A stretch of 41,596 nt of DNA from a virus (IMGVR_UViG_3300010362_000045:1-41596); one strand, 5' to 3'. Positions 15,237 through 25,775 are shown, counted from the stretch's first letter. Program-made: numbers and translations. The notes: generated from the sequence alone by a model not told the origin.

Positions 15237-16559
15237 GTGCCGGCGACGCTGCGGGTAGAGCGGGGGGCTGGGGTTGGGAGTGCGGACGAGAAGCCGTACG
15301 TACCGGCTGGGGCGGCATTGGAGTTGTTTCGGTGCAAGGCTCGGGAAGTGGTGGTGGCGGGGCCGGCGGGGACGGGCAAGAGTCGTGCGTGTCTGGAGAA
15401 ATTGAACCTGGTGTGCATGCAACGAGCGATCAGGGGGTTGATCGTTCGGAAGACGCGGAAGAGTTTGACGCAGAGTGCGATGGCGACGTTTGAAGAGAAG
15501 GTCTTGCCGAGCAAAGCCGCGGTGAAGTTTCACGAAGGGGACCAGGAGTATCGGTATCCGGGTGGGGCTCGGGTGATGGTGGCGGGGCTGGACGATGCCG
15601 AGAAGATTGGGAGCACCGAGTTCGATCTGGTGTACGTGCAGGAGGCGACGGAGCTGGAGGCGGACGACTGGGGGATGCTGCTGCGGGGCTTGAGGAACAA
15701 CGTGCTGAGCTACCAGCAGCTGATGGCGGACTGCAACCCGACGTACCCGACGCACTGGCTGAAGGTGCGGTGTGACGAGGGGTTGTGCCAGTTGCTGGAG
15801 TCTCGGCACGAGGACAACCCGATGCTGTGGGACGGTGGGGAGTGGACGGAGTTCGGGCGTGGGTATCTGGGCACGCTGGATAGCTTGAAGGGGTATCTGT
15901 ACCGGCGGTTGAGGCTGGGGCAGTGGGTGGCGGCGGAGGGGATGTACTTCTCGGAGTGGGACCCGGCGGTGCATGTGGTCAAGGCGTTCGAGGTGCCTGG
16001 TGAGTGGCCAAGGTGGATCGCGGTGGACTATGGGTTTGCGGCGCCGTTTTGTTGCTTGTGGTTTGCGCGGTGTCCTGAAGATCGGCAGATCTACGTGTAT
16101 CGGGAAGCGTACGCGAGTGGGCTCAGGGACGAACAGCAGGCCGAGGTGATACGCGAGAGAAGTGCGGGGGAATACATCGGGCTGAAGGTGCTGGACCCGA
16201 GCATGTTCAACATCCGGAGTGAACAGATGCGGCCGAGCATTGCGAGCGTGTACGAGCGGTGCGGGGTGTGGCCGGTGAGTCCGGGGATGAACAGTCGGAA
16301 GCAGGGGTGGGCGATCGTCAGAAGGGCCCTGGCGCATGACGAGGGGGAGCCCAGGCTGAAGGTGTTCCGGGACCGGTGTCCGAATCTGGTGCGGACGATT
16401 CCGAGCATGGTGATGGACCCACTGGATCCGGAGGATGTGGCCGATAGCGTGCGGGGTCAGAAGACCGAGGACCACGCGGTGGACGCGCTCAGGTATGGGC
16501 TGGCGGCCGAGGCGCAGCCGGTGGCGTCGAGGGAGCCGCGCGCGGTGAGTTGGGGGTGA
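15237..16559 (+). CDS. terL: Terminase large subunit
   Basis: Walker A AGPAGTGKS, Walker B LVYVQEATE, DCNP, and RNase H-like AVDYG...EDHAVDALRY. Confidence 0.95.
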   Translation: MPATLRVERGAGVGSADEKPYVPAGAALELFRCKAREVVVAGPAGTGKSRACLEKLNLVCMQRAIRGLIVRKTRKSLTQSAMATFEEKVLPSKAAVKFHEGDQEYRYPGGARVMVAGLDDAEKIGSTEFDLVYVQEATELEADDWGMLLRGLRNNVLSYQQLMADCNPTYPTHWLKVRCDEGLCQLLESRHEDNPMLWDGGEWTEFGRGYLGTLDSLKGYLYRRLRLGQWVAAEGMYFSEWDPAVHVVKAFEVPGEWPRWIAVDYGFAAPFCCLWFARCPEDRQIYVYREAYASGLRDEQQAEVIRERSAGEYIGLKVLDPSMFNIRSEQMRPSIASVYERCGVWPVSPGMNSRKQGWAIVRRALAHDEGEPRLKVFRDRCPNLVRTIPSMVMDPLDPEDVADSVRGQKTEDHAVDALRYGLAAEAQPVASREPRAVSWG

Positions 16560-16589
16560 GACGACGGTGAGACGACGGTGAGGACGTAG

Positions 16590-18719
16590 GTGGCCACGCG
16601 TAACGGCAGCACCACGCGGTGGTATCCCGGCGCGATCGACCGGCCCAGCGACGTGCAGGCCATGGAAGGCGCCGCGTGCGACCTCGCCGAGGATCTCACC
16701 TGGCAGTTCCGTGAACGCGACGACCTCTACCGCGAGATCGAAGAGACGTTGTTTTCCGAGTACCCGATCGAGATTCCCGAGGCGTATCGCAAGACTGCCG
16801 TGGAGGTCAGGGCGCCACTGGCGCTGCACATCGCCACCACCATCACTGCGGCGCTCAGCGTCAATCCCATCGGCGTCGGGTTCAAGCCGATCGGCTTCGG
16901 GGACGTGTACCAGGCCAACTCGACCAGGCGCGAGAAATTCTTCGAGGCGAGTTGGCATCGTCAGGAGGCCGAGGCCCATCGGCAATTGTTCAGGTTGTTC
17001 ATGTGGGCGCTCGCGATCAAAGGCGAGGGCATCCTCAAGACGTGCGAACGCACCAAGTCTGCCTGGGCCGATTACTCGAAGCGCGCGAGCGACTACGAGA
17101 AGGAACTCGAGGACGGCGAGTACGACCAGGACGCGAAAGACCGGTTGTACGACCATCACACGGAAAATCTGAAAACCCAGTTTCCGTATCCCATCTACAC
17201 GACCGACGTGCCGCCCGAGACGTTCTACTACACCAAAAACGAAAACGGTCTGACCGCAGCGGTCGAGATCAAGGAGATGCCCTACCACGAGGCGCTCGAG
17301 CGCTTCGGGGCGGGGTTGGACCGCGACGGACGGGTGTTGAGTCCCGATCAGATGCGCGAGTACACGCCCGAAGCGGTCGAGCTGGCGCGCGCCGAGTGGT
17401 CGTCTCTGATGCGCAGCGCACGCGCGACCACGGTACGGTGCATCGAGGCCTGGGACTGGAAGCGGCAGTTGGTGCTGCTCTCGGGACCGGGGCAACGGGG
17501 CGGGTCGCAGTCGGGGTTCGGGAGTGCCACGCTGGTCAAGGTGACGCAGCATACCTACGGCGACCCGTATCTGAAAACGTTGCGCGGCCCGTATTTCCAC
17601 GCGCTCGGGATTACGACGAATTCACGGCTGCCCGAGCACGCGGGTCTGAGCGTGCTGTTCGGCTATCTGCCGTTGTTCCGGTTGCTCGATTCTCTGCTCA
17701 CGCAGCAGGCCAACGCGGCGTACCTGACGGGCTTTCCGACGTGGAAGGAAACCCAGCCCAGGGGCGTGGTGCCTGGACTCACCAATCCCCCGTACGGCCA
17801 GGACGGACGCGAGGGGGACGGTCGCAATATCGAACCCGGCAAGCTCTACCCGTTCGATATCGCGCCCGTGGACCAGCCCAGGGCCGGCGTCGAAACCGAG
17901 AAGCTGATCACCAATATCCGCAACATGCTGGAGCTCGCGCTGCCGAGCGTGATCCAGGGATTGGTCGCGAGCGACCAGTCGGGCTACGCGTTGAATCAGG
18001 CCGCCTATCTGGCTCGTCTGAGCTGGGATCCGATCGTGAGCAACGCGGAGGACGCGCTCGGCGAACGCACGGGCTTCGAGTCGTATCTGATCGAGCACTG
18101 CATCGGCGAGACGGTCTACGCCTGGGGCGAGCAGGAACGCACCCGCGGCCACAAGCGCGCGGGCGGCCAGCTCAAGGGCACCTGGCTCGGCATCAGCCCC
18201 GAGGACCTGAACGGCGTGCATCGCTACACGGTCACGCTCAACCCGTCGACGCCATCCAACGAGATCATCGAGACGCGCGCCATCGGTGAGAAGATGCAGT
18301 TGAAGCTGATCACCTACGAGGACGCCGTCGAACAGGCCGGCTCCAATCCCGACGAGGTCGAAAAGTCATGGCTCCTGCACGAGACCAAGCAGGCCCCCTG
18401 GGTCCAGGCCGCGTTGCAGGAGGCTATCCAGCAGAAGGTCGGCATGATCAGGACCGCGAGAATCGAAGCGACCGGCGTCACGCCCGAGGAGCTGGCCGGA
18501 GCGGTGCCTCCCTCCGCCGGACCGAGCGCCTCGGGCGTGCCGGGTACGCCGGGCACCCCGCCGCAAGGACCGGTCGGCGGCATGCCGCAAAACCCGGTAC
18601 CGTCCCCGGGCCAGGGTCTGCCGATCGTTCCCCCGCCCGGCGGGGTGCCCACCGGCACGCCGTACGCTCCCACCGGACCGCCGGCCACGTTCATCCCACT
18701 GCCAGGTGGCGGCGGCTGA
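16590..18719 (+). CDS. Putative portal protein with Pro/Gly-rich C-terminal tail
   Basis: 709 aa directly after TerL, with size and helical character typical of podovirus-type portals. Mainly a positional call. Confidence 0.7.
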   Translation: MATRNGSTTRWYPGAIDRPSDVQAMEGAACDLAEDLTWQFRERDDLYREIEETLFSEYPIEIPEAYRKTAVEVRAPLALHIATTITAALSVNPIGVGFKPIGFGDVYQANSTRREKFFEASWHRQEAEAHRQLFRLFMWALAIKGEGILKTCERTKSAWADYSKRASDYEKELEDGEYDQDAKDRLYDHHTENLKTQFPYPIYTTDVPPETFYYTKNENGLTAAVEIKEMPYHEALERFGAGLDRDGRVLSPDQMREYTPEAVELARAEWSSLMRSARATTVRCIEAWDWKRQLVLLSGPGQRGGSQSGFGSATLVKVTQHTYGDPYLKTLRGPYFHALGITTNSRLPEHAGLSVLFGYLPLFRLLDSLLTQQANAAYLTGFPTWKETQPRGVVPGLTNPPYGQDGREGDGRNIEPGKLYPFDIAPVDQPRAGVETEKLITNIRNMLELALPSVIQGLVASDQSGYALNQAAYLARLSWDPIVSNAEDALGERTGFESYLIEHCIGETVYAWGEQERTRGHKRAGGQLKGTWLGISPEDLNGVHRYTVTLNPSTPSNEIIETRAIGEKMQLKLITYEDAVEQAGSNPDEVEKSWLLHETKQAPWVQAALQEAIQQKVGMIRTARIEATGVTPEELAGAVPPSAGPSASGVPGTPGTPPQGPVGGMPQNPVPSPGQGLPIVPPPGGVPTGTPYAPTGPPATFIPLPGGGG

Positions 18720-18826
18720 TGCGAATTGTCAGCAGTAAGAGGCGGCCGTCGCTGCACTCCTCGCGCTACAGGTACTGGTTCGTGGTGCTCGCCGGGATCG
18801 CTGGCGGCTACTGCTCGGCTGACTGA
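18719..18826 (+). CDS. Small basic/hydrophobic peptide (MRIVSSKRRPS...YWFVVLAGIAGGYCSAD)
   Basis: 35 aa with TGATG overlap at both ends. Confidence 0.5.
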   Translation: MRIVSSKRRPSLHSSRYRYWFVVLAGIAGGYCSAD

Positions 18827-19128
18827 TGCCACGTACCACGCTGCTCGACGAGGTGGCCAACGACCTGGCCGCGTGGATCGACCAGACCGCAGATGCGATC
18901 GCCGTCGCGTTCACTCCCCAGGGCATCGCTCCGTTTTCGGCCCAGCTCAGCGAAAAGGACAAGCTCGAGTACTACCGCAGTCAGTTGTTCAATCCGGACG
19001 GCAGCCCGAACACGCAGGGCCGCAGCCAGCAGTTGCAGCGGCTCGGTCCTGAAGGGTTTGCCCAGGTCTACAAGGCCGTCGTCGGTGCCCATCCCGACTT
19101 GCGTCCCGCCCGAGGGGAGGCCGCCTGA
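18826..19128 (+). CDS. Hypothetical virion-region protein
   Basis: 100 aa, TGATG-coupled. Confidence 0.7.
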   Translation: MPRTTLLDEVANDLAAWIDQTADAIAVAFTPQGIAPFSAQLSEKDKLEYYRSQLFNPDGSPNTQGRSQQLQRLGPEGFAQVYKAVVGAHPDLRPARGEAA

Positions 19129-20081
19129 TGCCGCTCTTCAACGTACCGATCCTTGGACCCGGCGGGAGCGGGGCTGGGACGATCCAGGTCAACGCTTCCG
19201 ACGCGACCGCGGCGGCAATCAACGCGCAGCAGGGCGGCAATACCGTCACGGGTACGCCGGTCCTCGTTGGCGGCACCACCACCGCCCCCGCCGCCCCGGG
19301 CGCGCCCGGGGCACCGGACGAGGCCAACGTCACGGGCCAGGCCGCCCTGTTCAACGCGGCCAACCAGAAGGCGCTGATCGAGTACTACTACGCCAAGCTC
19401 AACCTCGAGACGGACGACCTCGCGTTCAGAAAGGCCACCCAGGCGTTTCAGAACGAGATCGCCCGAGCCGGCCTCACCGGCGAATATCAGAGCGACCCGA
19501 CGCTCGCCGCGCGCCAGTTCTACGCCCAGCAGTTCGGCATCTACGGCAAGCCCGTCGCCGGTCAGCAGACCCTGGCCGCCCAGCAGCAGGCCGCGCAGCT
19601 CAGCGGCTATTACCAGGGTGCCCCTACCCTGGCCAGGCAGCAGCAGGAGCAGCAGGCCGCCCAGCAGTACCTGGGCCTGCTCTCACAGCTGCGCGGCCCC
19701 GCGGACTGGATGCAGTACCAGAAGGTGCTCGGCGCCACGCCCGCCGGCCTGTCCGACCTCGTCCGCGCCGCGGCCGGGCAGTACATTCCCGGCGTCGGCT
19801 CGGGCACCACCGGCACCGTCCCCCAGCCGGTGAGCCTGGCCGGCTTCGTCAACCAGGCTACGGGCACGCCCGCCTCCGACCAGGCCGCCCTGCAGTCGCT
19901 GGTGGCGCCCAACCAGATGGCCCCGCAGACGTGGAACGCGCTCGCCCCGTCGCAGCAGCAGATGCTGCTCGGCGCCTGGGAATCCCAGGGCTACAACCGC
20001 GACGACGCGCTGAACCTGTTCCGTCAGAGCCTGCCCCGCTACGGTGCCGGTCCCAACACGGGCACCTTCCGATTGCAGTGA
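19128..20081 (+). CDS. Gln/Ala-rich putative internal virion (ejection) protein
   Basis: Repeated xPTLAxxQ motifs and low-complexity helical composition; lies before the giant protein. Confidence 0.6.
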   Translation: MPLFNVPILGPGGSGAGTIQVNASDATAAAINAQQGGNTVTGTPVLVGGTTTAPAAPGAPGAPDEANVTGQAALFNAANQKALIEYYYAKLNLETDDLAFRKATQAFQNEIARAGLTGEYQSDPTLAARQFYAQQFGIYGKPVAGQQTLAAQQQAAQLSGYYQGAPTLARQQQEQQAAQQYLGLLSQLRGPADWMQYQKVLGATPAGLSDLVRAAAGQYIPGVGSGTTGTVPQPVSLAGFVNQATGTPASDQAALQSLVAPNQMAPQTWNALAPSQQQMLLGAWESQGYNRDDALNLFRQSLPRYGAGPNTGTFRLQ

Positions 20082-20084
20082 CCG

Positions 20085-23000
20085 ATGGCGCTGGACCAGT
20101 TGCCCGACATCAACGACGAGGATTATCAGCAGTGGCTGGCCCGCCAGTTCTCGGACCGCGCCGACCGCAGGATCGCCACCTTAGGCTTTGAAGCTGCGGC
20201 TAACCAGCGCATCGCCCATCTGGACACGTATGCCTCGCCTCGAGGCCTGATCCAGCAGGGCGCGCCTCCCCCACCGACTCCGCCGCTGCCGGAGACCCCA
20301 CCGCCACCACCTCCTCCGGTAGCGGCGGCGCCACCCGCACCCACGGTGGTCACGCCCGCGCCGATCGCCGGACCGCTCGGGCAGCCACCCACGACGCCAG
20401 TGCCGCCGATGTCCGACCAGGCGCGCGACGTCACCGGGCCGGGCTATCCCGGCGCGACCACGGCGTTTCAGCCGCCCACACCGGAGGACGTGCTCACCAA
20501 TCCGCTCGGCACGCGCGGCTTTCCCACGGGCATCGGTCCGTCCGGACTTGCGCCCACCACGGCCGAGCTCAGCGGCGGCGGACCGGCGGCCGCGGGCCTG
20601 AGCGACCGCGCCCGTCGCATCATGGCCAGCGCCGCTGCAAGCGCCAGTTGGCTCGGTCCCGACGGCCAGAAGGCGCTCCAGGCGATCCTGATGACCGAGG
20701 GCGGCCTCGACAACGCCCGCGGCGACCAGGGCGCATCTGCCGGGCCGCTCCAGTTCTACGGCACGCCCACCGCGGCCGGGCAGCTCACCAGTTTCGCTCG
20801 ACAGCGCGGCCTCAGCCTCGACCAGGCGCGCGTGTACGTGGAAGCGCACCCCGAGGAAGCCGTCGCCTGGGCCATCGGCACGCCCGATGCGCCCGGCTAC
20901 CTCGGCGCGGCGCTGCAGGCTGGCCAGAACCAGGGCTTGAGCGGCGCCGCGCTCGCCACCTACGGCCAGCGCCGCGGCCAGGTGAGCGTCAGTCCCGACC
21001 GCGCCGGGTTCAACTACAACGCACTCTTCGGCGGCGGCGCCGAGCCGATCACCGCCGTGCCCACGGGGCAGCCGACGACTCCGCTGGGCGAGCTCAACAC
21101 GCGCTACGCGCCGCCGCGCGTCGACATCAGCCAGTTCGGCGATCCCCAGCTCACCAATGACGAGGCCTACGCTGCATGTGGTCCAGCTGCCGCTGTCCGA
21201 TTTGCGCAACGCTACGGTCGCAACCCGACGCTCCGAGAAGCGCTCGATCTGGCCAGGACGGTCGGCTGGACGCCGACGGCGGGGATGGCCGGGATCGCCT
21301 CCGAAAAGGCGTTGATGGACAAGCTCGGGATCCCGACGCGACTGGTGGAGGGCGCGCAGTGGGGCGCGTTCGCCAACGAGGCCAACACCGGTAACCCGGT
21401 CACGATCAGCACGAGCGGCCACTACTTCACCGCCGACGGCTACGACCCGACGACCAATCGGTTTCACGTCGGACGTTCGGGTCTCGACCTGCGCGGTGGC
21501 AAAGAGTGGATGACGCCCGACGAGATGACCTCGCTCATGGGTCCGGTCCAGGGGGCGCTCTTCGCGGACAACCCGCAGGTGGCCGCGCCGAGCACGGTCG
21601 GCGCGGTTCAAGATCCCGAGGACTGGATCAACCGGCAGCGCGACGCGTACGTGTCGTCGCTCACCGGCCAGCCCACCACACCCACCACGTCCGCGCCAAC
21701 CGTCCAGACCAACGACCCCGACGTGCAGCAGCTCGACAACGCCGTGAGCGTGACCGTGCGCACCGGCGATCAGACCCAGCGTCGTCTGGGGCAATTGAAC
21801 GAAGAGCTCGCGCCCACGCCGCAACCGAGCGAGACGACGCCACCGATCACGCAGTTCTTCAATCAGGTCGGCCAGACCACGGGTTCGGCCGCCGATCGGT
21901 TGAAGAGCGCGTTCAGCGATTTTGTCGATCAGGTCGGCACGACCGCCGGCCAGGCAGGCACGACTGTCACGGATTTTCTCAGCGGCGAGACCGCGCGACG
22001 AAATCGGGAGCAGCCGTATCCCGAGAGCATCCAGCAGACCGCGCGCGACCTCGCCGCCGCGCAGTCCGGCGCGCCGCCGCCCACTGTCGCGGACGTGGTC
22101 GGTGGTATCGGATCGGCGCTCGGCACCGGTGGCCAACCCGTCGGCGGCGGCCTCACGGTGCCGGCTTACCAGGAGCTGAACCAGCGGCGCCGCGAACAGG
22201 TCGAGGCCGCCATCCCCGAGGACGTGCGCAACTTCCCGGTCCTCGGCGGCGCCGCCACCATGACCGCCGACATCCTGACCGACCCGACCACCTATCTGCT
22301 CGCTGGCCCGGTCGGTCGCGCGGGTGAGGCGATCGGCCGGATTGCCGGTGGTGGGTATCGCGGCGCCGCAGCCAATCAAGCGGTGCAGGGCGCGCTCTTC
22401 AACGCGATTCAGGCAGCTCAGAAGCCGGGCGCCACGCCGCAGGACATCGCGCTCGCCGCTGCCGAGGGTGCGGTCGGCGGCGCGGCCATCGGTGCTGGCG
22501 GACGTGCCGTCGGCCAGGGCGCCGAGTACCTCGCCAGTCCCGCCGGGCAGGCGCTCCTTCGCACAAAGCAGAGCGGCGCGGCGGAAGCCGAATTCGCCGC
22601 AACCGGCGGTCTCGGGCGTCTCTTCCGTCCCGGTGAGGACGCGGTCGAGGACGCCGTGCGCGGGCTGAGTCCCGAGGAGGTCGCCGTCGAACGCGGCCGT
22701 CTGGTCCTGCCCGGCGAACAGCCGACCGGCCCGAGTCAGATCCTCGGTCCGCGTGGCGAGGTGCTCTCCACTGTGGCCAGGCGTGAGGAGCCGCTCTACG
22801 TGCCCGGTCGCACCGGCGCGCCCGTGCGCGTGTCCGAACCGGTGGTTGGCATCGGCCGCACGCGAGCGGGTGCCGAAGCTATTGGTGAGGCTTCGCCCGA
22901 GACGATCGCGCGCATGCCCAACGTGGCCAAGCTCGCCCCCGAGCTGCCCGAGGTGGCCGCGACGCTTCAGCGCCAGGCCGAGGAAAACGGCGCGTTGATG

Positions 23001-25775
23001 GACCTCTACCGCCAGGGACGCGTGAGCCACCAGGACCTGATCGACACGCTCGCCCCGCGTCTTGGGCTCACCTCCGAGCAGTTCCTGAAGACCCGCGTCG
23101 GACGTGCGTTCAACGCCGAGGAATTGCTCGCCTTGCGCTCGGCGGTGATCGCCAAACAGGTCGAGGTCGCGCGCATGGCCGAAGAGATCGCGGCAAAAGG
23201 TGGCGTGGGAGCGCTCACCGACGAGGAGCGCGTGGCCGCGATGACGCTGCTGACGGACGCGGCGCGCCTGCAAGCCGTCGGGCGTGGCGCCGCGGCGACC
23301 GCTGGTCGTGCGCTCAACCAGCAGAAGATCGTGCTCAGCCAGGAGATGGCCCAGGCGATCACCGGCGGCAACGAGGCCAGACTGGCCGAGCAGGCCCAGA
23401 AAACCGCGCAGGCCAAAGTCGATCGCATTGCGAGACTCACGCAGAAGAACCAGGAGCTGGCCGCTGAAAAGCGGGCCGCAGTCACCGAAGCGCAGCGGGT
23501 CGCCGCGGACAGCAAGCAGGCCGGCCTGTTCGACCAGATCGCGCAGGCCTACGACGAGCTGGCCGCGTACCAGGCGATGACGCTGCACGAAAAGGCGGAC
23601 GACTTCGCCAAACGCGCCGCCGAACGCGCGGCACTCGAGGCAAACCGGAAAGCGAAGGACGTGAGCGCTCCGGAGGCACTCCTCAAGGCACTGCAGGACG
23701 AGCTGGCGGCCGAACGCAAAGTGTTCGCGGGCAGCAAGAAGGCCTGGGAGACGATGGCGTTTTACGCCAGCAAACGCGGCGAGCGACTGAAGCTCAAGGG
23801 CGAGCTCGAGGGTCCTGCGGTCTGGCTGAAGGCGCAGGAGCAGCAGGCGCGCAGGGAGATGAACATCGCCCAGCAACGCCAGATCACCGACTTCAACCTG
23901 CGTTCGCGCGTGGCCGAGCGGCAGACCGAGCAGGCCGGGCGTTTGCTCGAGCGGCTCGGCGGCCGCGAGGTGACCGACGACGTGCTGAAGAGCTTCATCA
24001 CGCTGCAGAACACGGGTGATCCGCTCGCGATGGCGCAGTTCCTGCGCGCCTGGAGCCAGCCTGGGACAAGGTTAGGACGGGCACTCAATCGGATCGGCAT
24101 CATCCGCTACGGGTCGATGCTCTCATCGACCGCGACGCACCTCGCTAACGCGGTCGGCAACACGGCGCAGATCGGTCTCGGGGTCGGCTTGAAACCGCTC
24201 GAGGTCGGCATCGACATCGCGCGCGCCCGGGCCACCGGTGGTCCACGTACGCGCTACATGGCCGAGCTGTCACCGCAGGTGGGCGGGCTGTGGGAAGGCG
24301 CCGTGGCCGGCTGGAAGGATGCCGCCACGCTCATGCGCACGGGCATCAACCCCAGACTCGCGAGCAACCTCGAGGGCGCGCGACCCGGCTTCGGGGTCAA
24401 TCCCGTGGTCGATACGATCGCCGAGTTGCCGCTGCGCGCGCTCGAGGCGGCCGACCTGATCTTCCGTGGCGCCGCGCGCGGAGGTGCCTCGCGGTCGCTG
24501 GCCGTGCGCCGCGCGATCAGCGAGGGCTACTCCGGCGACATGGCCCACAGTCGCGCCGACGAGATCTTCAACAATCTGACCAGTTTTCCGGATCTGCTTG
24601 CCGAAGCCGAGAAGTCCGCCGCGAGATCGGTCTACCAGGAGCCAGGTGGTCGGCTCGTCACGGCCGTGGCGGGCAACCCGTGGGCAAGGATCTTCCTGCC
24701 GTTCGTCCGCACGCCCTACAACATCGCTGCCCAGGGCATCGGCATGACGCCCGCCGGGTTCGCGGGGGTGATCGCCGCCGCTCGGCGTGGCGAAACCAGC
24801 GAGGCCACCGAACGGGCCGCGCGCGCGCTCTTCGGCACCGGCGTGATGGCGCTGGCCACGGGTCTGGGTGCCGCAGGCTACCTCACCGGAGCTCGACCCG
24901 AGTCGGCCAAGGACCGCTCGATGCTTCCCCCGGACTGGCAACCGTGGAGCCTGCGCATCCCGCATCCGGATGGACAGTCGACGTACGTGTCGTTTTCCAA
25001 CCTCGGCGCGGTCGGCGTGCCGCTGGCCATGGGCGCGATCGCCGGCGATGCGACCCGTCGCGTCGGAGCAGGCAAGGACGTGGATCCGGTGGCCATGGCC
25101 ATGGGCGTCGGGCGCTACGCGCTCGACCAGACGTTCCTGCGCGGCCTGAGCGACGTGGTGCATGCGGTCGAGGATCCGAGCCGTTACGCCGAGAACATCA
25201 GCGAAGGTCTTGCGAGCCAGTTGATGCCCTACGGTGGCTTGCAGCGGCAGATCGAGCGTGCGATCGGCATGGCCCCACGCGACCCGCACGGTGCGGTCGA
25301 AGCGCTCGCGGGCACGTTCCTGCCGACTGCGGGCCTCGTCCAGCCACGCACCGACGTGCTCGGCCGCGAGGTGCAACCCGATCAGTCGGGGCTGGCCGCC
25401 TTCATCTCGCCCTTCCGCTACGAGACGACTGAGGACACGCCCGCGCTCCGTGCGCTGCGCGAGGCGGATGTGGGCATCGCGGGCGTGCCGAAGAGTCTTA
25501 CCGCGCGTGAGGGAACGGTCGCGATCACGCCCGCCGAACAGAAGCAGATCGACGCGGCGCGCGGCCGACTGATCGAACAGTGGGTTCAGGCCGAGATGGC
25601 ATCACCTGGCTGGAGTCGGCTCAATCGCGAAGGTCGCAACCGGGTCCTGCAGGACCTCGTCACTCGCGCGTCGTCGGCCGCCCGCAGCCAGTTCATCAAT
25701 GCGCTACCCGCCGCGCAGTTCAACGAGCGGCGAAAGCCGGGTGGCCCCACGCCTCCCGACGTGCCGGGGTTCTAG
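20085..25775 (+). CDS. Giant putative ejection protein with lysozyme-like and C39-peptidase-like domains
   Basis: 1896 aa. ILMTEGG...GDQGASAGPLQF (lysozyme-like); SQF...AACGPAAA...GHYFTADGYD (papain/C39-like); long coiled coil; C-terminal FLPFVRTPYNI region like large internal virion proteins. Confidence 0.7.
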   Translation: MALDQLPDINDEDYQQWLARQFSDRADRRIATLGFEAAANQRIAHLDTYASPRGLIQQGAPPPPTPPLPETPPPPPPPVAAAPPAPTVVTPAPIAGPLGQPPTTPVPPMSDQARDVTGPGYPGATTAFQPPTPEDVLTNPLGTRGFPTGIGPSGLAPTTAELSGGGPAAAGLSDRARRIMASAAASASWLGPDGQKALQAILMTEGGLDNARGDQGASAGPLQFYGTPTAAGQLTSFARQRGLSLDQARVYVEAHPEEAVAWAIGTPDAPGYLGAALQAGQNQGLSGAALATYGQRRGQVSVSPDRAGFNYNALFGGGAEPITAVPTGQPTTPLGELNTRYAPPRVDISQFGDPQLTNDEAYAACGPAAAVRFAQRYGRNPTLREALDLARTVGWTPTAGMAGIASEKALMDKLGIPTRLVEGAQWGAFANEANTGNPVTISTSGHYFTADGYDPTTNRFHVGRSGLDLRGGKEWMTPDEMTSLMGPVQGALFADNPQVAAPSTVGAVQDPEDWINRQRDAYVSSLTGQPTTPTTSAPTVQTNDPDVQQLDNAVSVTVRTGDQTQRRLGQLNEELAPTPQPSETTPPITQFFNQVGQTTGSAADRLKSAFSDFVDQVGTTAGQAGTTVTDFLSGETARRNREQPYPESIQQTARDLAAAQSGAPPPTVADVVGGIGSALGTGGQPVGGGLTVPAYQELNQRRREQVEAAIPEDVRNFPVLGGAATMTADILTDPTTYLLAGPVGRAGEAIGRIAGGGYRGAAANQAVQGALFNAIQAAQKPGATPQDIALAAAEGAVGGAAIGAGGRAVGQGAEYLASPAGQALLRTKQSGAAEAEFAATGGLGRLFRPGEDAVEDAVRGLSPEEVAVERGRLVLPGEQPTGPSQILGPRGEVLSTVARREEPLYVPGRTGAPVRVSEPVVGIGRTRAGAEAIGEASPETIARMPNVAKLAPELPEVAATLQRQAEENGALMDLYRQGRVSHQDLIDTLAPRLGLTSEQFLKTRVGRAFNAEELLALRSAVIAKQVEVARMAEEIAAKGGVGALTDEERVAAMTLLTDAARLQAVGRGAAATAGRALNQQKIVLSQEMAQAITGGNEARLAEQAQKTAQAKVDRIARLTQKNQELAAEKRAAVTEAQRVAADSKQAGLFDQIAQAYDELAAYQAMTLHEKADDFAKRAAERAALEANRKAKDVSAPEALLKALQDELAAERKVFAGSKKAWETMAFYASKRGERLKLKGELEGPAVWLKAQEQQARREMNIAQQRQITDFNLRSRVAERQTEQAGRLLERLGGREVTDDVLKSFITLQNTGDPLAMAQFLRAWSQPGTRLGRALNRIGIIRYGSMLSSTATHLANAVGNTAQIGLGVGLKPLEVGIDIARARATGGPRTRYMAELSPQVGGLWEGAVAGWKDAATLMRTGINPRLASNLEGARPGFGVNPVVDTIAELPLRALEAADLIFRGAARGGASRSLAVRRAISEGYSGDMAHSRADEIFNNLTSFPDLLAEAEKSAARSVYQEPGGRLVTAVAGNPWARIFLPFVRTPYNIAAQGIGMTPAGFAGVIAAARRGETSEATERAARALFGTGVMALATGLGAAGYLTGARPESAKDRSMLPPDWQPWSLRIPHPDGQSTYVSFSNLGAVGVPLAMGAIAGDATRRVGAGKDVDPVAMAMGVGRYALDQTFLRGLSDVVHAVEDPSRYAENISEGLASQLMPYGGLQRQIERAIGMAPRDPHGAVEALAGTFLPTAGLVQPRTDVLGREVQPDQSGLAAFISPFRYETTEDTPALRALREADVGIAGVPKSLTAREGTVAITPAEQKQIDAARGRLIEQWVQAEMASPGWSRLNREGRNRVLQDLVTRASSAARSQFINALPAAQFNERRKPGGPTPPDVPGF

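Noticed and set aside
20181-23876. 1231-aa minus-strand ORF (also 14871..17600, 33758..35383, 28844..30178 and similar)
   Set aside because: These are antisense shadows of real genes, expected from high-GC codon bias, with no recognisable motifs.
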